The notes: generated from the letters alone by a model not told the origin. Counted from the first letter of the stretch, positions 20,530 through 29,279 are shown. The stretch: DNA of 64,000 bases from a bacterium (GCA_965216635.1 OZ244188.1:2330644-2394643), one strand, 5' to 3'. Translations and numbers: made by a program.

Positions 20530-20582
20530 CGATTTTTTTTAGCTATGCGTCAGGTTGCCTATGATTTTAAAAAACACTAATT
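20524..20582. repeat. Collapsed remnant of the short-ended palindromic element
   Basis: AATTAGCG...AAAACACTAATT with ctatgc and ttgccta relics; compare 21766..21886. Confidence 0.45.
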
Positions 20583-20631
20583 AAAAAAATTTCTATAAGG
20601 TGTAGAAATTTAAATTAATAAAAATAAGAAA

Positions 20632-21093
20632 ATGAAAAATCAGAAACTAAAAAAATTACGCAAGTTTGGTTTAATATTTTTTTTCTCATCTTTAGCTTTT
20701 TTGATTATTGTTATAATACTTGTTTCTGTATCAGAAGATACAGAAACAAGTAAAGTTAAAAAATCTATAGAATCTACAGAGTTGAAAAAGTTAGAAACAG
20801 AATTTGACAAAAAGAGATTACAGGAGAGAGTAGAGAACCAAGAAAAAGTCCTTAAATTATTTAAAAGTGACAAAGAACCAACAGCTATAGACGCTGTATG
20901 GACAGCTAAGAGTATTTTCAAGGTTGGTGTGCTTAATGATAGTTCAAACAGAGATGGATATGCTAGTTATGTATGTTCAGTGCTTTATGAGTATGGATTT
21001 AAAGGACAAAATGTGTGGGTTCAAATTATTGATTATCACAAGCTTATTCAAAATGATAAGTGGATAAAACTTGGTCAAAAAATGTGTAATTAA
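20632..21093 (+). CDS. Hypothetical N-terminally membrane-anchored protein
   Basis: Basic N-terminus, one TM helix, charged linker, globular tail (DAVW..FKVGV..DGYASYVC..L). Confidence 0.75.
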   Translation: MKNQKLKKLRKFGLIFFFSSLAFLIIVIILVSVSEDTETSKVKKSIESTELKKLETEFDKKRLQERVENQEKVLKLFKSDKEPTAIDAVWTAKSIFKVGVLNDSSNRDGYASYVCSVLYEYGFKGQNVWVQIIDYHKLIQNDKWIKLGQKMCN

Positions 21094-21094
21094 A

Positions 21095-21766
21095 ATGAAA
21101 ACAAATTTAGCAAAAAATTCGCCTTTAATAGGCACTTACGATAAAAATCAAGTCCAGTTAAAAAACTACAAAGGCTGGATGTTACCTCAAGTTTTTAAAT
21201 CTTTAAAAGAAGAAAAAACAAGCCTCAGTAAAGGGAGCGTTTTAGCGGACTGGTCTTGTATTGGAAAATTTCACTTGCGAGGAAAAACAGCAGCAAAATT
21301 TGCAGATTCATTTGTAGCTGGTGCGAGTAAAATAAAAATAGGCACAGCTTTAGTAAAAGAAAATTACTGTGCTTTAAGATTTTTAAAAGATAGATTTCTT
21401 ATTTTATGTCCTCCAGAAAAAGAAGCTGCAACAGAAGAAAAATTGAAAAAAGCGCAAGCAAATTATTTGGCTCCCTATAATAATGTAACAGGTGCTTGGG
21501 GTTGTTTAGCTTTAGCGGGTGTAAAAAAATCATTGGTATTAGATAGGTCGGCAGCTATGAATTTAACCGAAGAAAAATATCCAGTAGGATCTGTAATTCA
21601 AAGTTCAGTGCATACCATTACTACAACCATTTACCGCACTAAAAAAGCAGATATATTGATTTGCGATAGAGCCTACACTGAAGCTTTATTTGATGCCTTT
21701 ATGGATGTTGGCAAGAGAGTGGGATTAGTACCTACTGGATTATCTGTTTTACCCATCTCATTTTAA
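21095..21766 (+). CDS. mgdD: N-methylglutamate dehydrogenase / sarcosine oxidase gamma-like subunit (GcvT-like fold)
   Basis: LADWSCIGKFHLRG, NVTGAWGCLALAG, CDRAYTEALFD; ATG at 21095; lies between alpha and beta subunit genes. Confidence 0.7.
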   Translation: MKTNLAKNSPLIGTYDKNQVQLKNYKGWMLPQVFKSLKEEKTSLSKGSVLADWSCIGKFHLRGKTAAKFADSFVAGASKIKIGTALVKENYCALRFLKDRFLILCPPEKEAATEEKLKKAQANYLAPYNNVTGAWGCLALAGVKKSLVLDRSAAMNLTEEKYPVGSVIQSSVHTITTTIYRTKKADILICDRAYTEALFDAFMDVGKRVGLVPTGLSVLPISF

Positions 21767-21886
21767 ATTAGTGTTTTCTTTAGTCTATGCAGCGTTAAAA
21801 ATTTTTTTTGTCCCTTGAAATACTATTTGTATTCCTGCGAGACAAAAAAAATTTTTGCCTTGCCTAGACGTTACAAAACACTAATT
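21766..21886. repeat. Palindromic element, short-ended variant
   Basis: Inverted ends AATTAGTGTTTT/AAAACACTAATT; central AATAC-TATTT-GTATT hairpin; arms gtctatgcagcg/gccttgcctagac. Confidence 0.8.
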
Positions 21887-21910
21887 CAATAAAGTTAAAC
21901 TATTAAAATT

Positions 21911-23104
21911 ATGAAAGCAATACTCAAAAATCAAAAACTACAAAAAAGCTACGACGTAGTGATTATAGGAGGAGGCGCCCACGGCTTAGCCACAGCCTAC
22001 TATCTATCCAAAATGGGCATTACCAATGTAGCAGTCCTAGAAGAAAAATTTATTGGCTATGGAGGCTCAGGCAGAAATACAGCTATTTTACGCTCCAACT
22101 ACCGCACACCCGAAGGAATTCAGTTTTACGATGAAAGTCTCAAACTATTTGAAAATCTTTCTCAAGAGCTAAATTTTAATTTAATGTTTAGTCAACAAGG
22201 ACATTTCACACTTGCCCACAGTACAGCATCCCTTGCTGTGATGAGAACCCGAGCAGAATATTGCAAAGCATTAGGAATTAAAGCAGAAGTGATTTATCCT
22301 AAGCAAATTAAAAAAATGTTACCTGAAATTGATATTACAGAGCATCCCCGTTATCCCATACTTGGAGCCTTGTATCATCCACCAGGGGGTATTATTCGGC
22401 ACGACGCTGTAGTTTGGGCTTACGCTAAAGAGGCTCACAAGAACGGAGTAGAAATTCACAATCAAACGAAAGTCCAAAAAGTCCTCATAAAAAATGGCAA
22501 AGTAGAAGGAGTAAAAACCAGTAGAGGCGATATTAAAGCAGGCACTGTTGTTTCTGTTGTAGCTGGTTGGAGTTCAGAAGTCTGTGCTATGGCGGGAGTC
22601 AAATTGCCCTTTGTCACCCATCCTTTACAAGCTCTAGTTACCGAATCCTACAAACCTTGGCTACACCATGTTGTAGTTAGCTCCAATCTACATTGCTATA
22701 TGAGTCAAACCGATAGAGGCGAGCTAGTCTGCGGTGGAGGTATAGATCAGTATTCTCATTATGGAATGAGTGCTACTTTAGGATTTTTAGAAACTATGGC
22801 ATCTCATCTTTTAGAACTGTTTCCTTGTCTGCAAAATGTAAGAATTCAAAGACAATGGTGCGGACTTTGTGATATGACACCCGATTTTAGCCCCATTATT
22901 TCTCCCATAGACGAAATTAAAGGGTTTTATGTCAACGGAGGTTGGGGAACTTATGGTTTCAAAGGAACTGCTGCTAGCGGACTAAACACCGCTAAAATGA
23001 TAGCCAACAAAAAAATACCCGAGAGAATAAAACCTTTCCACTACAATAGGTTCCAAAACAACGCACTAGTCGGAGAAAAAGCCGCAGCCTCTGTTGCTTC
23101 TTAA
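21911..23104 (+). CDS. mgdA: N-methylglutamate dehydrogenase / sarcosine oxidase beta subunit
   Basis: IIGGGAHGLATAYYL, GGSGRNTAILRSNY, RHDAVVWAYA, HPLQALVTE, DMTPDFSPI, GWGTYGFK. Confidence 0.9.
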   Translation: MKAILKNQKLQKSYDVVIIGGGAHGLATAYYLSKMGITNVAVLEEKFIGYGGSGRNTAILRSNYRTPEGIQFYDESLKLFENLSQELNFNLMFSQQGHFTLAHSTASLAVMRTRAEYCKALGIKAEVIYPKQIKKMLPEIDITEHPRYPILGALYHPPGGIIRHDAVVWAYAKEAHKNGVEIHNQTKVQKVLIKNGKVEGVKTSRGDIKAGTVVSVVAGWSSEVCAMAGVKLPFVTHPLQALVTESYKPWLHHVVVSSNLHCYMSQTDRGELVCGGGIDQYSHYGMSATLGFLETMASHLLELFPCLQNVRIQRQWCGLCDMTPDFSPIISPIDEIKGFYVNGGWGTYGFKGTAASGLNTAKMIANKKIPERIKPFHYNRFQNNALVGEKAAASVAS

Positions 23105-23131
23105 GTAAGCTAGTTACTAAAAATAATAATA

Positions 23132-23271
23132 TAGACCTTTGAATTTCGCTGATGTGACGGCTAGGCTAGGCAAAAATTTTTTTTAGCTCGTAGGAATACT
23201 GAAGTATTTCAAGAGTTAAAAAAATTTTTCAACGCTGCATAAGCTAAACAGAATGCAAATTCAAAAGTCTA
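23132..23271. mobile_element. Modular palindromic element
   Basis: TAGACCTTTGAATTT...AAATTCAAAAGTCTA with GGAATACTGAAGTATTTC core. Confidence 0.85.
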
Positions 23272-23293
23272 TAATAATAACCAATTTTTTACT

Positions 23294-23941
23294 ATGGATA
23301 ACATCTCACTTTTGGTTCACATTACGAGCGGTACTATTGCTCTCATTATAGCGATTTTAGCTATTATCTTAAGGAAAGGCACTACTTTTCATAGAAGACT
23401 AGGCAGAGCGTATTTTTGTGCGATGAGCCTAGTTTTTATTAGCGCACTACATTTATCCTTTATAGCGCTGCCGATAAACTGGTTCTTGTTTAGTATTGGA
23501 ATTTTTAGCTATTATCTAGCTTTCACTGGTTTTAGAGCAGGAAGAGAAAGAAAAAACTTACCCGCCATTATAGATAAGATAGCAGCTTGGATGATGTTTG
23601 CTACTGTTATTTTTATGATTCTATTGGCAATCAAATTTTTATTCAATCAAAACAATTTAGGCATTGTGCTTATTGTTTTCGGAGTGATAGGATTATTGCT
23701 GGCAACACAGGATATATTGCAATTTCGCAAAGGAAAAATTCAAGGTAAAGAAAGAATTTTACGCCACCTTACTAGAATTTTAGCCAGTTTCATTGCGGTG
23801 GTCACAGCAGTTTTAGTGGTCAATGGTGCTAAACTCGGTATTCCCGATTTGGTGAATTGGCTCGCTCCTAGCGTTGTTATTACTCCGCTCATTATTTATA
23901 TGGCTCGCTCGTATAAAACATCAAAAAGCACTACTAAATAA
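23294..23941 (+). CDS. DUF2306-like multi-pass membrane protein
   Basis: HITSGTIAL, KGTTFHRRLGRAY, RHLTRILASFIAVVTAVLV. Confidence 0.75.
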   Translation: MDNISLLVHITSGTIALIIAILAIILRKGTTFHRRLGRAYFCAMSLVFISALHLSFIALPINWFLFSIGIFSYYLAFTGFRAGRERKNLPAIIDKIAAWMMFATVIFMILLAIKFLFNQNNLGIVLIVFGVIGLLLATQDILQFRKGKIQGKERILRHLTRILASFIAVVTAVLVVNGAKLGIPDLVNWLAPSVVITPLIIYMARSYKTSKSTTK

Positions 23942-24086
23942 TAGCCATCATCAAATAGGCATCGCGGAGATTTTCTTCTAGTTCAGCGAGTGTTTCCCCT
24001 TGCGTCATTATTTCTGGATGTTCTAGCAACTTTCCAAGCCAAAACTTTTCTGATTTCCAGTAAATCATTCTCATTTTTACTTTCAT
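23934..24086 (-). pseudogene. hicB: 3'-truncated hicB duplicate (50 aa)
   Basis: 23941..24086 nearly identical to 25062..25207; reads MKVKMRMIYWKSEKFWLGK...LRDAYLMMA then II-stop inside the end of the convergent gene. Confidence 0.85.
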
Positions 24087-24135
24087 AATAACAAGAAAAA
24101 AGATTAATCATTAATCATTAATATTTTTTCTTGGG

Positions 24136-24393
24136 TTATTTTGTAAGAAAATGATCTAATATTTTTTTTATTCTCTCATTACAAGGTAATTTGTTAATTG
24201 TCATTGAATCAAGGCCAACTGAATCCCTATAAGGATTATATATTCCCAAAAATGTCGTTCTTAAATCGTAAATTTTCTGCGACATTTCTTCATCTATTTC
24301 GTCACTTGCTTTTTCATTTACCATAAGATGAAAAAGTAATATTTCTTCTATGAAGAGTTCCACTTCATTTAAGAATTTATCTTTTTTTATCAT
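24136..24393 (-). CDS. Hypothetical protein (85 aa)
   Basis: ATG-started ORF co-oriented with neighbouring TA genes; no recognised motif. Confidence 0.55.
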   Translation of the reverse strand: MIKKDKFLNEVELFIEEILLFHLMVNEKASDEIDEEMSQKIYDLRTTFLGIYNPYRDSVGLDSMTINKLPCNERIKKILDHFLTK

Positions 24394-24500
24394 AATTGTT
24401 TTTAGTTAAGTTGAAATTCACTGAATAAAATTATAAAGTATTCAATATCTTATTTTATGTCAAGATAATATTTCAAATAAATATCAAAATTAAGAAATAT

Positions 24501-24734
24501 TTATAATTCTTTTTCTAATTCATTCCAAAATTCTTTAGCAGATAAGGTTTTGGAATTAGGGTCATTAAATCTTTTTCTGGCTTCTTTTAAATCTTGAGCA
24601 TCCATATACATTTCTAGTGCTTCAGAAATAATGGTCGTTTTTTTCTTACCTAATTCATTAGACATTGTATTCAAATACTTTGAAAGTTTTAAGGGTAAAA
24701 CAAAAGTTTCTGTTTTTATTGTTTTGTCTCGCAT
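24501..24734 (-). CDS. Ribbon-helix-helix RelB/CopG-like antitoxin
   Basis: TFVLP..LSKYLNTMSNELGKKKTTIISEALEMYMDAQDLKEA..R...TLSAKEFWNEL pattern. Confidence 0.7.
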   Translation of the reverse strand: MRDKTIKTETFVLPLKLSKYLNTMSNELGKKKTTIISEALEMYMDAQDLKEARKRFNDPNSKTLSAKEFWNELEKEL

Positions 24735-24842
24735 TTATTTTAAAAAGTTAATCCTTATAAAATGAGTATAGTATAATTTATTTAGATTATTAGACGAATT
24801 TATAAAAATTATCAACTATAAAATAAGCAAAAAATATCTTCG

Positions 24843-25019
24843 TTAGATACCCAATTGTTTTTTGATGTGCTGAGCTAATCTATTGTCTATTTCGGTATGT
24901 CTTGGGACAGGTTGTTTCTTTTTATTTATCTTATTTTGATAAATATCGTGATTGGCACCGTGCCTTAGCAATATACATTTATTCTGTTCTAAGTATCTAA
25001 CAAATTCTTTTTTTTTCAC
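24843..25019 (-). CDS. hicA: HicA-family toxin (58 aa; absent from the ORF track)
   Basis: Hand translation from a GTG overlapping the hicB stop: MKKKEFVRYLEQNKCILLRHGANHDIYQNKINKKKQPVPRHTEIDNRLAQHIKKQLGI. Confidence 0.9.
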   Translation of the reverse strand: MKKKEFVRYLEQNKCILLRHGANHDIYQNKINKKKQPVPRHTEIDNRLAQHIKKQLGI

Positions 25020-25207
25020 ATTGCTATTTCTTTTGTCTGATATTCTTCAGGAACATCATCCATAGCCATCATCAAATAGGCATCGCGGAGATTTTCTTCT
25101 AGTTCAGCGAGTGTTTCCCCTTGCGTCATTATTTCTGGATGTTCTAGCAATTTTCCAAGCCAAAACTTTTCTGATTTCCAATAAATCATTTTCATTTTTA
25201 CTTCCAT
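25016..25207 (-). CDS. hicB: Short HicB-family antitoxin without DNA-binding domain
   Basis: W.G.LLEHPEIMTQGETLAELEENLRDA; translationally coupled to hicA. Confidence 0.9.
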   Translation of the reverse strand: MEVKMKMIYWKSEKFWLGKLLEHPEIMTQGETLAELEENLRDAYLMMAMDDVPEEYQTKEIAM

Positions 25208-25262
25208 TATTTTTCGGTTGAAGATTTTAATAATTAATATAATGTTATTTACTATAAGAATC

Positions 25263-25394
25263 TATAAAAATTATCAACTATAAAATAAGCAAAAAATATC
25301 TTCGTTAGATACCAATTGTTTTTTGATGTGCTGAGCTAATCTATTGTCTATTTCGGTATGTTTTGGGACAGGTTGTTTCCTTTTATTTATCTTA
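25263..25394 (-). pseudogene. hicA: hicA 3' fragment plus downstream flank
   Basis: Near-identical to 24801..24933 with a 1-bp deletion; identity ends at the TAGACC end of the palindromic array. Confidence 0.85.
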
Positions 25395-25925
25395 TAGACC
25401 TTTGAATTTGCCAAATAGGACAAAACCAGCTGTTTTGGCTAAACTTTGGTAAAGTCTAGCTAAACTAATAATTTGAATTTGCCAAATAGGACAAAACCAG
25501 CTGTTTTGGCTAGACTTTGGTAAAATCTAGCTAAACTAGGGAAAGGTCTCATTATGTTTTGTTTGACATCAATGCTATATTTGGCTAGACTTTGGTAAAA
25601 TCTAGCTAACTAATAATTTGAATTTGCCAAATAGGACAAAACCAGCTGTTTTGGCTAAACTTTGGTAAAATCTAGCTAAACTAGGGAAAGGTCTCATTAT
25701 GTTTTGTTTGACATCAATGCTATATTTGGCTAGACTTTGGTAAAATCTAGCTAAACTAATAATTTGAATTTGCCAAATAGGACAAAACCAGCTGTTTTGG
25801 CTAAACTTTGGTAAAGTCTAGCCAAACTAGGAAAAGGTCTCATTATGTTTTGCTTGACATCAATATTATATTTTGCTAGACTTTGGTAAAGTCTAGCTAA
25901 ACTAGACACAACCTAGACAAACTAG
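25395..25925. repeat. Higher-order tandem array: 7 palindromic ~34-bp cores separated by two alternating linkers (period ~146 bp)
   Basis: Core TTTGGCTARACTTTGGTAAARTCTAGCTAAACTA; linker A ataatttgaatttgccaaataggacaaaaccagctgt; linker B gggaaaggtctcattatgttttgtttgacatcaatgctata. Confidence 0.9.
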
Positions 25926-25939
25926 GAAAATGTTTTTTA

Positions 25940-26045
25940 TAAACCTTTGAATTTCTTAGAAATTCAAAAGGCTATTTTAATTTAAACTTAGACCTTTGAA
26001 TTTGCATTTTGTTTAGTCTAAACAGAACGCAAATTCAATAGTCTC
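25940..26045. repeat. Two minimal palindromic elements (25940..25974 and 25989..26045)
   Basis: TAAACCTTTGAATTTC-TTA-GAAATTCAAAAGGCTA; TAGACCTTTGAATTTGC..GCAAATTCAATAGTCTC. Confidence 0.75.
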
Positions 26046-26060
26046 AAACTAAAAAAAATT

Positions 26061-27257
26061 ATGCAAGGAATATCAAAAAGAACGTTAAAAATGCCTCTTA
26101 AAAATTATAAGACAAAAGTAGCTCAATCTAATCAATGGGCTGGTTTTCAATGGGCTAGACAACGGGCTGGATTCCAATGGACATTACTGCTAGGTGCGGT
26201 TTTGTTGAGTTTTCAGTTTGTAGGAAATCTGCAGGCGCAGGACAGCCAAACAAGTAAAATTGGTAAAGGTGGTTGGTTTATTGGGTTAACTCCCTATGCT
26301 TTGGGTCTTTCGGAGTCAAAGACTTCTGCTCGTATAACAAGTGTTACTCCTACAGGCGCCATAATAGATAGTAGTGGTGGTGGATTTAGCTTTACTGCTG
26401 CAGCTCCTAGTGATACAATACTTCTAATTGTTGGTTCTCAAGACCACGCACAAAAGGCATCTGTAAGGATTTGTGAGACGGGTTTTGCGAGCACAGACGG
26501 AATAAGCAATGATGGTTTTATAGGTTTTCAATTCGCCCTAGCAGATGAAACCTATGATAGCACTGTCTACCAATTTAATGTTTCCACATACTGTAAAAGG
26601 CACTTTGATGATCTTTTTTCCAATGCTACCCTAGTAGATGTGCCATTTCAATTAGAAGCCTCAAAACCAGCGACAGCAAAATGGAGCGGTGCCGGCTTGC
26701 ACTTCGGCTGGCAGTTTCCCGAAGGAGATAGAGTAGGATTGCAGCTACACAACTGGAAAGGAGATGGTACCGAGGTGAGTAGCCAAATTGCAATCTACGA
26801 CTATTTTTTTCCCAAAGGCTTTTATGCGGGACTAGGAATTGGAACTCTGCAACTCAAAGCACTAGGCAAAACAGAAAGCCAAAGAGCAACAGCTGTGAAT
26901 CTGGGTTGGCAGTATTCTATTAAAGAGAATCTCAAGCTGGAATTAGGCTACCTTCTTTTGAACGGCGAGGTAAGCGTTAAAAAAACCAAAGTAACCAGAA
27001 CTGTAGTGCTTTCCAGTGCAGTAGTGCCAGCACAAACTGTATATTTGGGATTTTCTCATAATTCGGCACCTTTTTATGAAACAATTTGTGGACCACCTCG
27101 AGCTTTGTGTAAGTTTGCCTTTCCTATGACAGGAGGAAGAGTTACTAGCGAGCCACTCACTCGGGAAACATCACAAGAACACGAAGTAATAGAAACCCAA
27201 GAAGTAACCGTCTCCAAACCATCTGTGATCTATATCCGCTTGAGCCTCAGCTTTTAA
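26061..27257 (+). CDS. Outer-membrane beta-barrel protein with long inserted loops (start uncertain)
   Basis: Signal peptide ending NLQA-QD; amphipathic strands YDYFF..FYAGLGIG, NLGWQY..LKLELGY; C-terminal YIRLSLSF. Confidence 0.7.
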   Translation: MQGISKRTLKMPLKNYKTKVAQSNQWAGFQWARQRAGFQWTLLLGAVLLSFQFVGNLQAQDSQTSKIGKGGWFIGLTPYALGLSESKTSARITSVTPTGAIIDSSGGGFSFTAAAPSDTILLIVGSQDHAQKASVRICETGFASTDGISNDGFIGFQFALADETYDSTVYQFNVSTYCKRHFDDLFSNATLVDVPFQLEASKPATAKWSGAGLHFGWQFPEGDRVGLQLHNWKGDGTEVSSQIAIYDYFFPKGFYAGLGIGTLQLKALGKTESQRATAVNLGWQYSIKENLKLELGYLLLNGEVSVKKTKVTRTVVLSSAVVPAQTVYLGFSHNSAPFYETICGPPRALCKFAFPMTGGRVTSEPLTRETSQEHEVIETQEVTVSKPSVIYIRLSLSF

Positions 27258-27258
27258 A

Positions 27259-27386
27259 AACCTGTAGGGGATGTTTTTTTTTCCAACCTGCAGGGGACAT
27301 TTTTTTTGCCAACCTGCAGGGGACATTTTTTTTGCTTTGCAAAAAATGTGTCCCCGTTCTTAAAGAAGAAGGGGTTTAAAGGTCTA
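27259..27386. repeat. 26-bp tandem repeat x3 ending in a hairpin (REP-like)
   Basis: AACCTGYAGGGGAYRTTTTTTTT units; GGGGACATTTTTTTTGC-TTT-GCAAAAAATGTGTCCCC; ends TTTAAAGGTCTA. Confidence 0.7.
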
Positions 27387-27464
27387 TATACTTTTGAATT
27401 AACCAAATAGGACAAAACCAGCTGTTTTAGCTAAACAGCTAGTTTTGGCAAATTCAAAAATCTA
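27387..27464. mobile_element. Short modular palindromic element
   Basis: TATACTTTTGAATT..CCAAATAGGACAAAACCAGCTGT..ACAGCTAGTTTTGGCAAATTCAAAAATCTA. Confidence 0.75.
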
Positions 27465-27675
27465 TTCTATATTATCTACAATAAAACTCTTGACAAAATT
27501 CATAAAAAAATTCATAACAATAACCTTGTTAAGGAAAAGTTCCTTATTTTAACAAAAAAAGACCATTGCATAGTAGATATAGTCTAAATACTGGTTTCAA
27601 TCAGTGAAGGTTTTTAAAAAAACAATAGTTTAGCTTATGGAACTGCAAAGTAGTCTTTTTCATCATAAAAAAAAT

Positions 27676-29268
27676 ATGAAAAAAATAATAATCACGATTC
27701 TGACTTTAGGGTCTTTGGTTACGGCTAGCAATGTATTTGCGGCTAAAACCTTTATCTATTGTTCAGAGGGAAGTCCTGAAGGTTTTAATGCTGCGCTTTA
27801 TACTTCAGGTACAACTTTTGATGCAAGCTCAAAAACGATTTATAATCGTCTTGTGGAGTTTGCTTATGGTAGCACTCAGGTTGTCCCAGCACTTGCAAAG
27901 AGCTGGAAAGTCTCCAAAGACAACTTAAGTTTTACCTTTACTCTGCGAAAAGGTGTGAAGTTTCATAAGACGAAAAATTTCACTCCAACTCGCAATTTTA
28001 ATGCTGATGATGTGTTGTATAGTTTCAACCGACAGTTTGATAAAAATCATCCTTACCATAAAATTTCTGGAGGTAGTTATGAATATTTTACTGGAATGGA
28101 TATGCCTAATATTATCAAATCTATTGAAAAATTGGGATCTTATAAGGTGAGGTTTAACTTAAATAAACCAGAGGCGCCTTTTATAGCTAACCTAGCTATG
28201 GACTTTGCTTCTATCGGCTCTGCTGAATATGCGGAAGCTATGATGAAGGCTGGAACACCTGAAAAAGTGGATTTGGAACCTGTAGCTACTGGTCCTTTTC
28301 AATTGGAAAGTTACCAAAAAGATTCTGTTATTCGTTATAAAGCTAATCCTAATTATTTTAAAGGAAAAGCAAAAATTGATAACTTAATTTTTTCTATTAC
28401 TCCAAATGCTTCTGTGCGTTATGCAAAGCTAAAAGCTGGAGAGTGCCATCACATGCCTTATCCTAATCCTGCGGATATAGCAGCAATGAAAAAAAGTTCT
28501 AAGGTTAATTTGTTACAGCAAGAAGGATTGAATGTAGGTTATCTTGCTTACAACACACAGAAAAAACCTTTTACTAACGCAAAAGTAAGGAAAGCCTTAA
28601 ATATGGCTATTAATAAAAAAAATATTATTAATGCCATTTTTCAGCAGGCTGGTAAAGTCGCAAAAAATCCGATTCCTCCCACTATGTGGTCTTACAATAA
28701 TGCGGTGAAAGATGATTCTTATAACCCGACAGAAGCGAAAAAACTATTGGCTCAAGCAGGTTATCCCAATGGTTTTAAGACGGATATTTGGGCTATGCCA
28801 GTGCAACGACCTTACAACCCGAATGCTCGTAGAATGGCAGAAATCATCCAAGAAGATTGGGCTAAAATAGGAGTGGATGCGAAAATTGTAAGCTACGAAT
28901 GGGGTGAATATCTCAACCGTTCTAAGAAAGGAGAACATCAGACTGTTCTGCTGGGTTGGACTGGAGATAATGGAGATCCTGATAATTTCCTTTATGTTTT
29001 ATTGAGTTGTGCAGCAGCAGCACAGGGTCCTAACCGTGCTCGTTGGTGCAACAAAGAATTCAATGACTTACTGGAAGAAGCAAAACAAACTACAAATATA
29101 GAAACAAGAACAAAACTTTATAAAAAAGCGCAACTTGTTTTTAAAAGAGAAGCTCCTTGGGCAACCATTGCTCATTCTGTCGTTAGTGAAGCTTTGAGTC
29201 CTAAAGTAGTAGGATACAAAATTGACCCATTAGGTGGTCATTTCTTTTATCCCGTGGATTTGAAATAA
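27676..29268 (+). CDS. dppA: Dipeptide ABC transporter substrate-binding protein
   Basis: Signal peptide then YCSEGSPEGF, IYNRLVEF, WAMPVQRPYNPNARRMAE, GWTGDNGDPDNF; ATG at 27676 preferred. Confidence 0.95.
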   Translation: MKKIIITILTLGSLVTASNVFAAKTFIYCSEGSPEGFNAALYTSGTTFDASSKTIYNRLVEFAYGSTQVVPALAKSWKVSKDNLSFTFTLRKGVKFHKTKNFTPTRNFNADDVLYSFNRQFDKNHPYHKISGGSYEYFTGMDMPNIIKSIEKLGSYKVRFNLNKPEAPFIANLAMDFASIGSAEYAEAMMKAGTPEKVDLEPVATGPFQLESYQKDSVIRYKANPNYFKGKAKIDNLIFSITPNASVRYAKLKAGECHHMPYPNPADIAAMKKSSKVNLLQQEGLNVGYLAYNTQKKPFTNAKVRKALNMAINKKNIINAIFQQAGKVAKNPIPPTMWSYNNAVKDDSYNPTEAKKLLAQAGYPNGFKTDIWAMPVQRPYNPNARRMAEIIQEDWAKIGVDAKIVSYEWGEYLNRSKKGEHQTVLLGWTGDNGDPDNFLYVLLSCAAAAQGPNRARWCNKEFNDLLEEAKQTTNIETRTKLYKKAQLVFKREAPWATIAHSVVSEALSPKVVGYKIDPLGGHFFYPVDLK

Positions 29269-29279
29269 TTGCTCTTTTG

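Noticed and set aside
25395..25925. CRISPR array
   Set aside because: Spacers are two repeating sequences related to the dispersed element, and no cas genes are present; reported as a repeat instead
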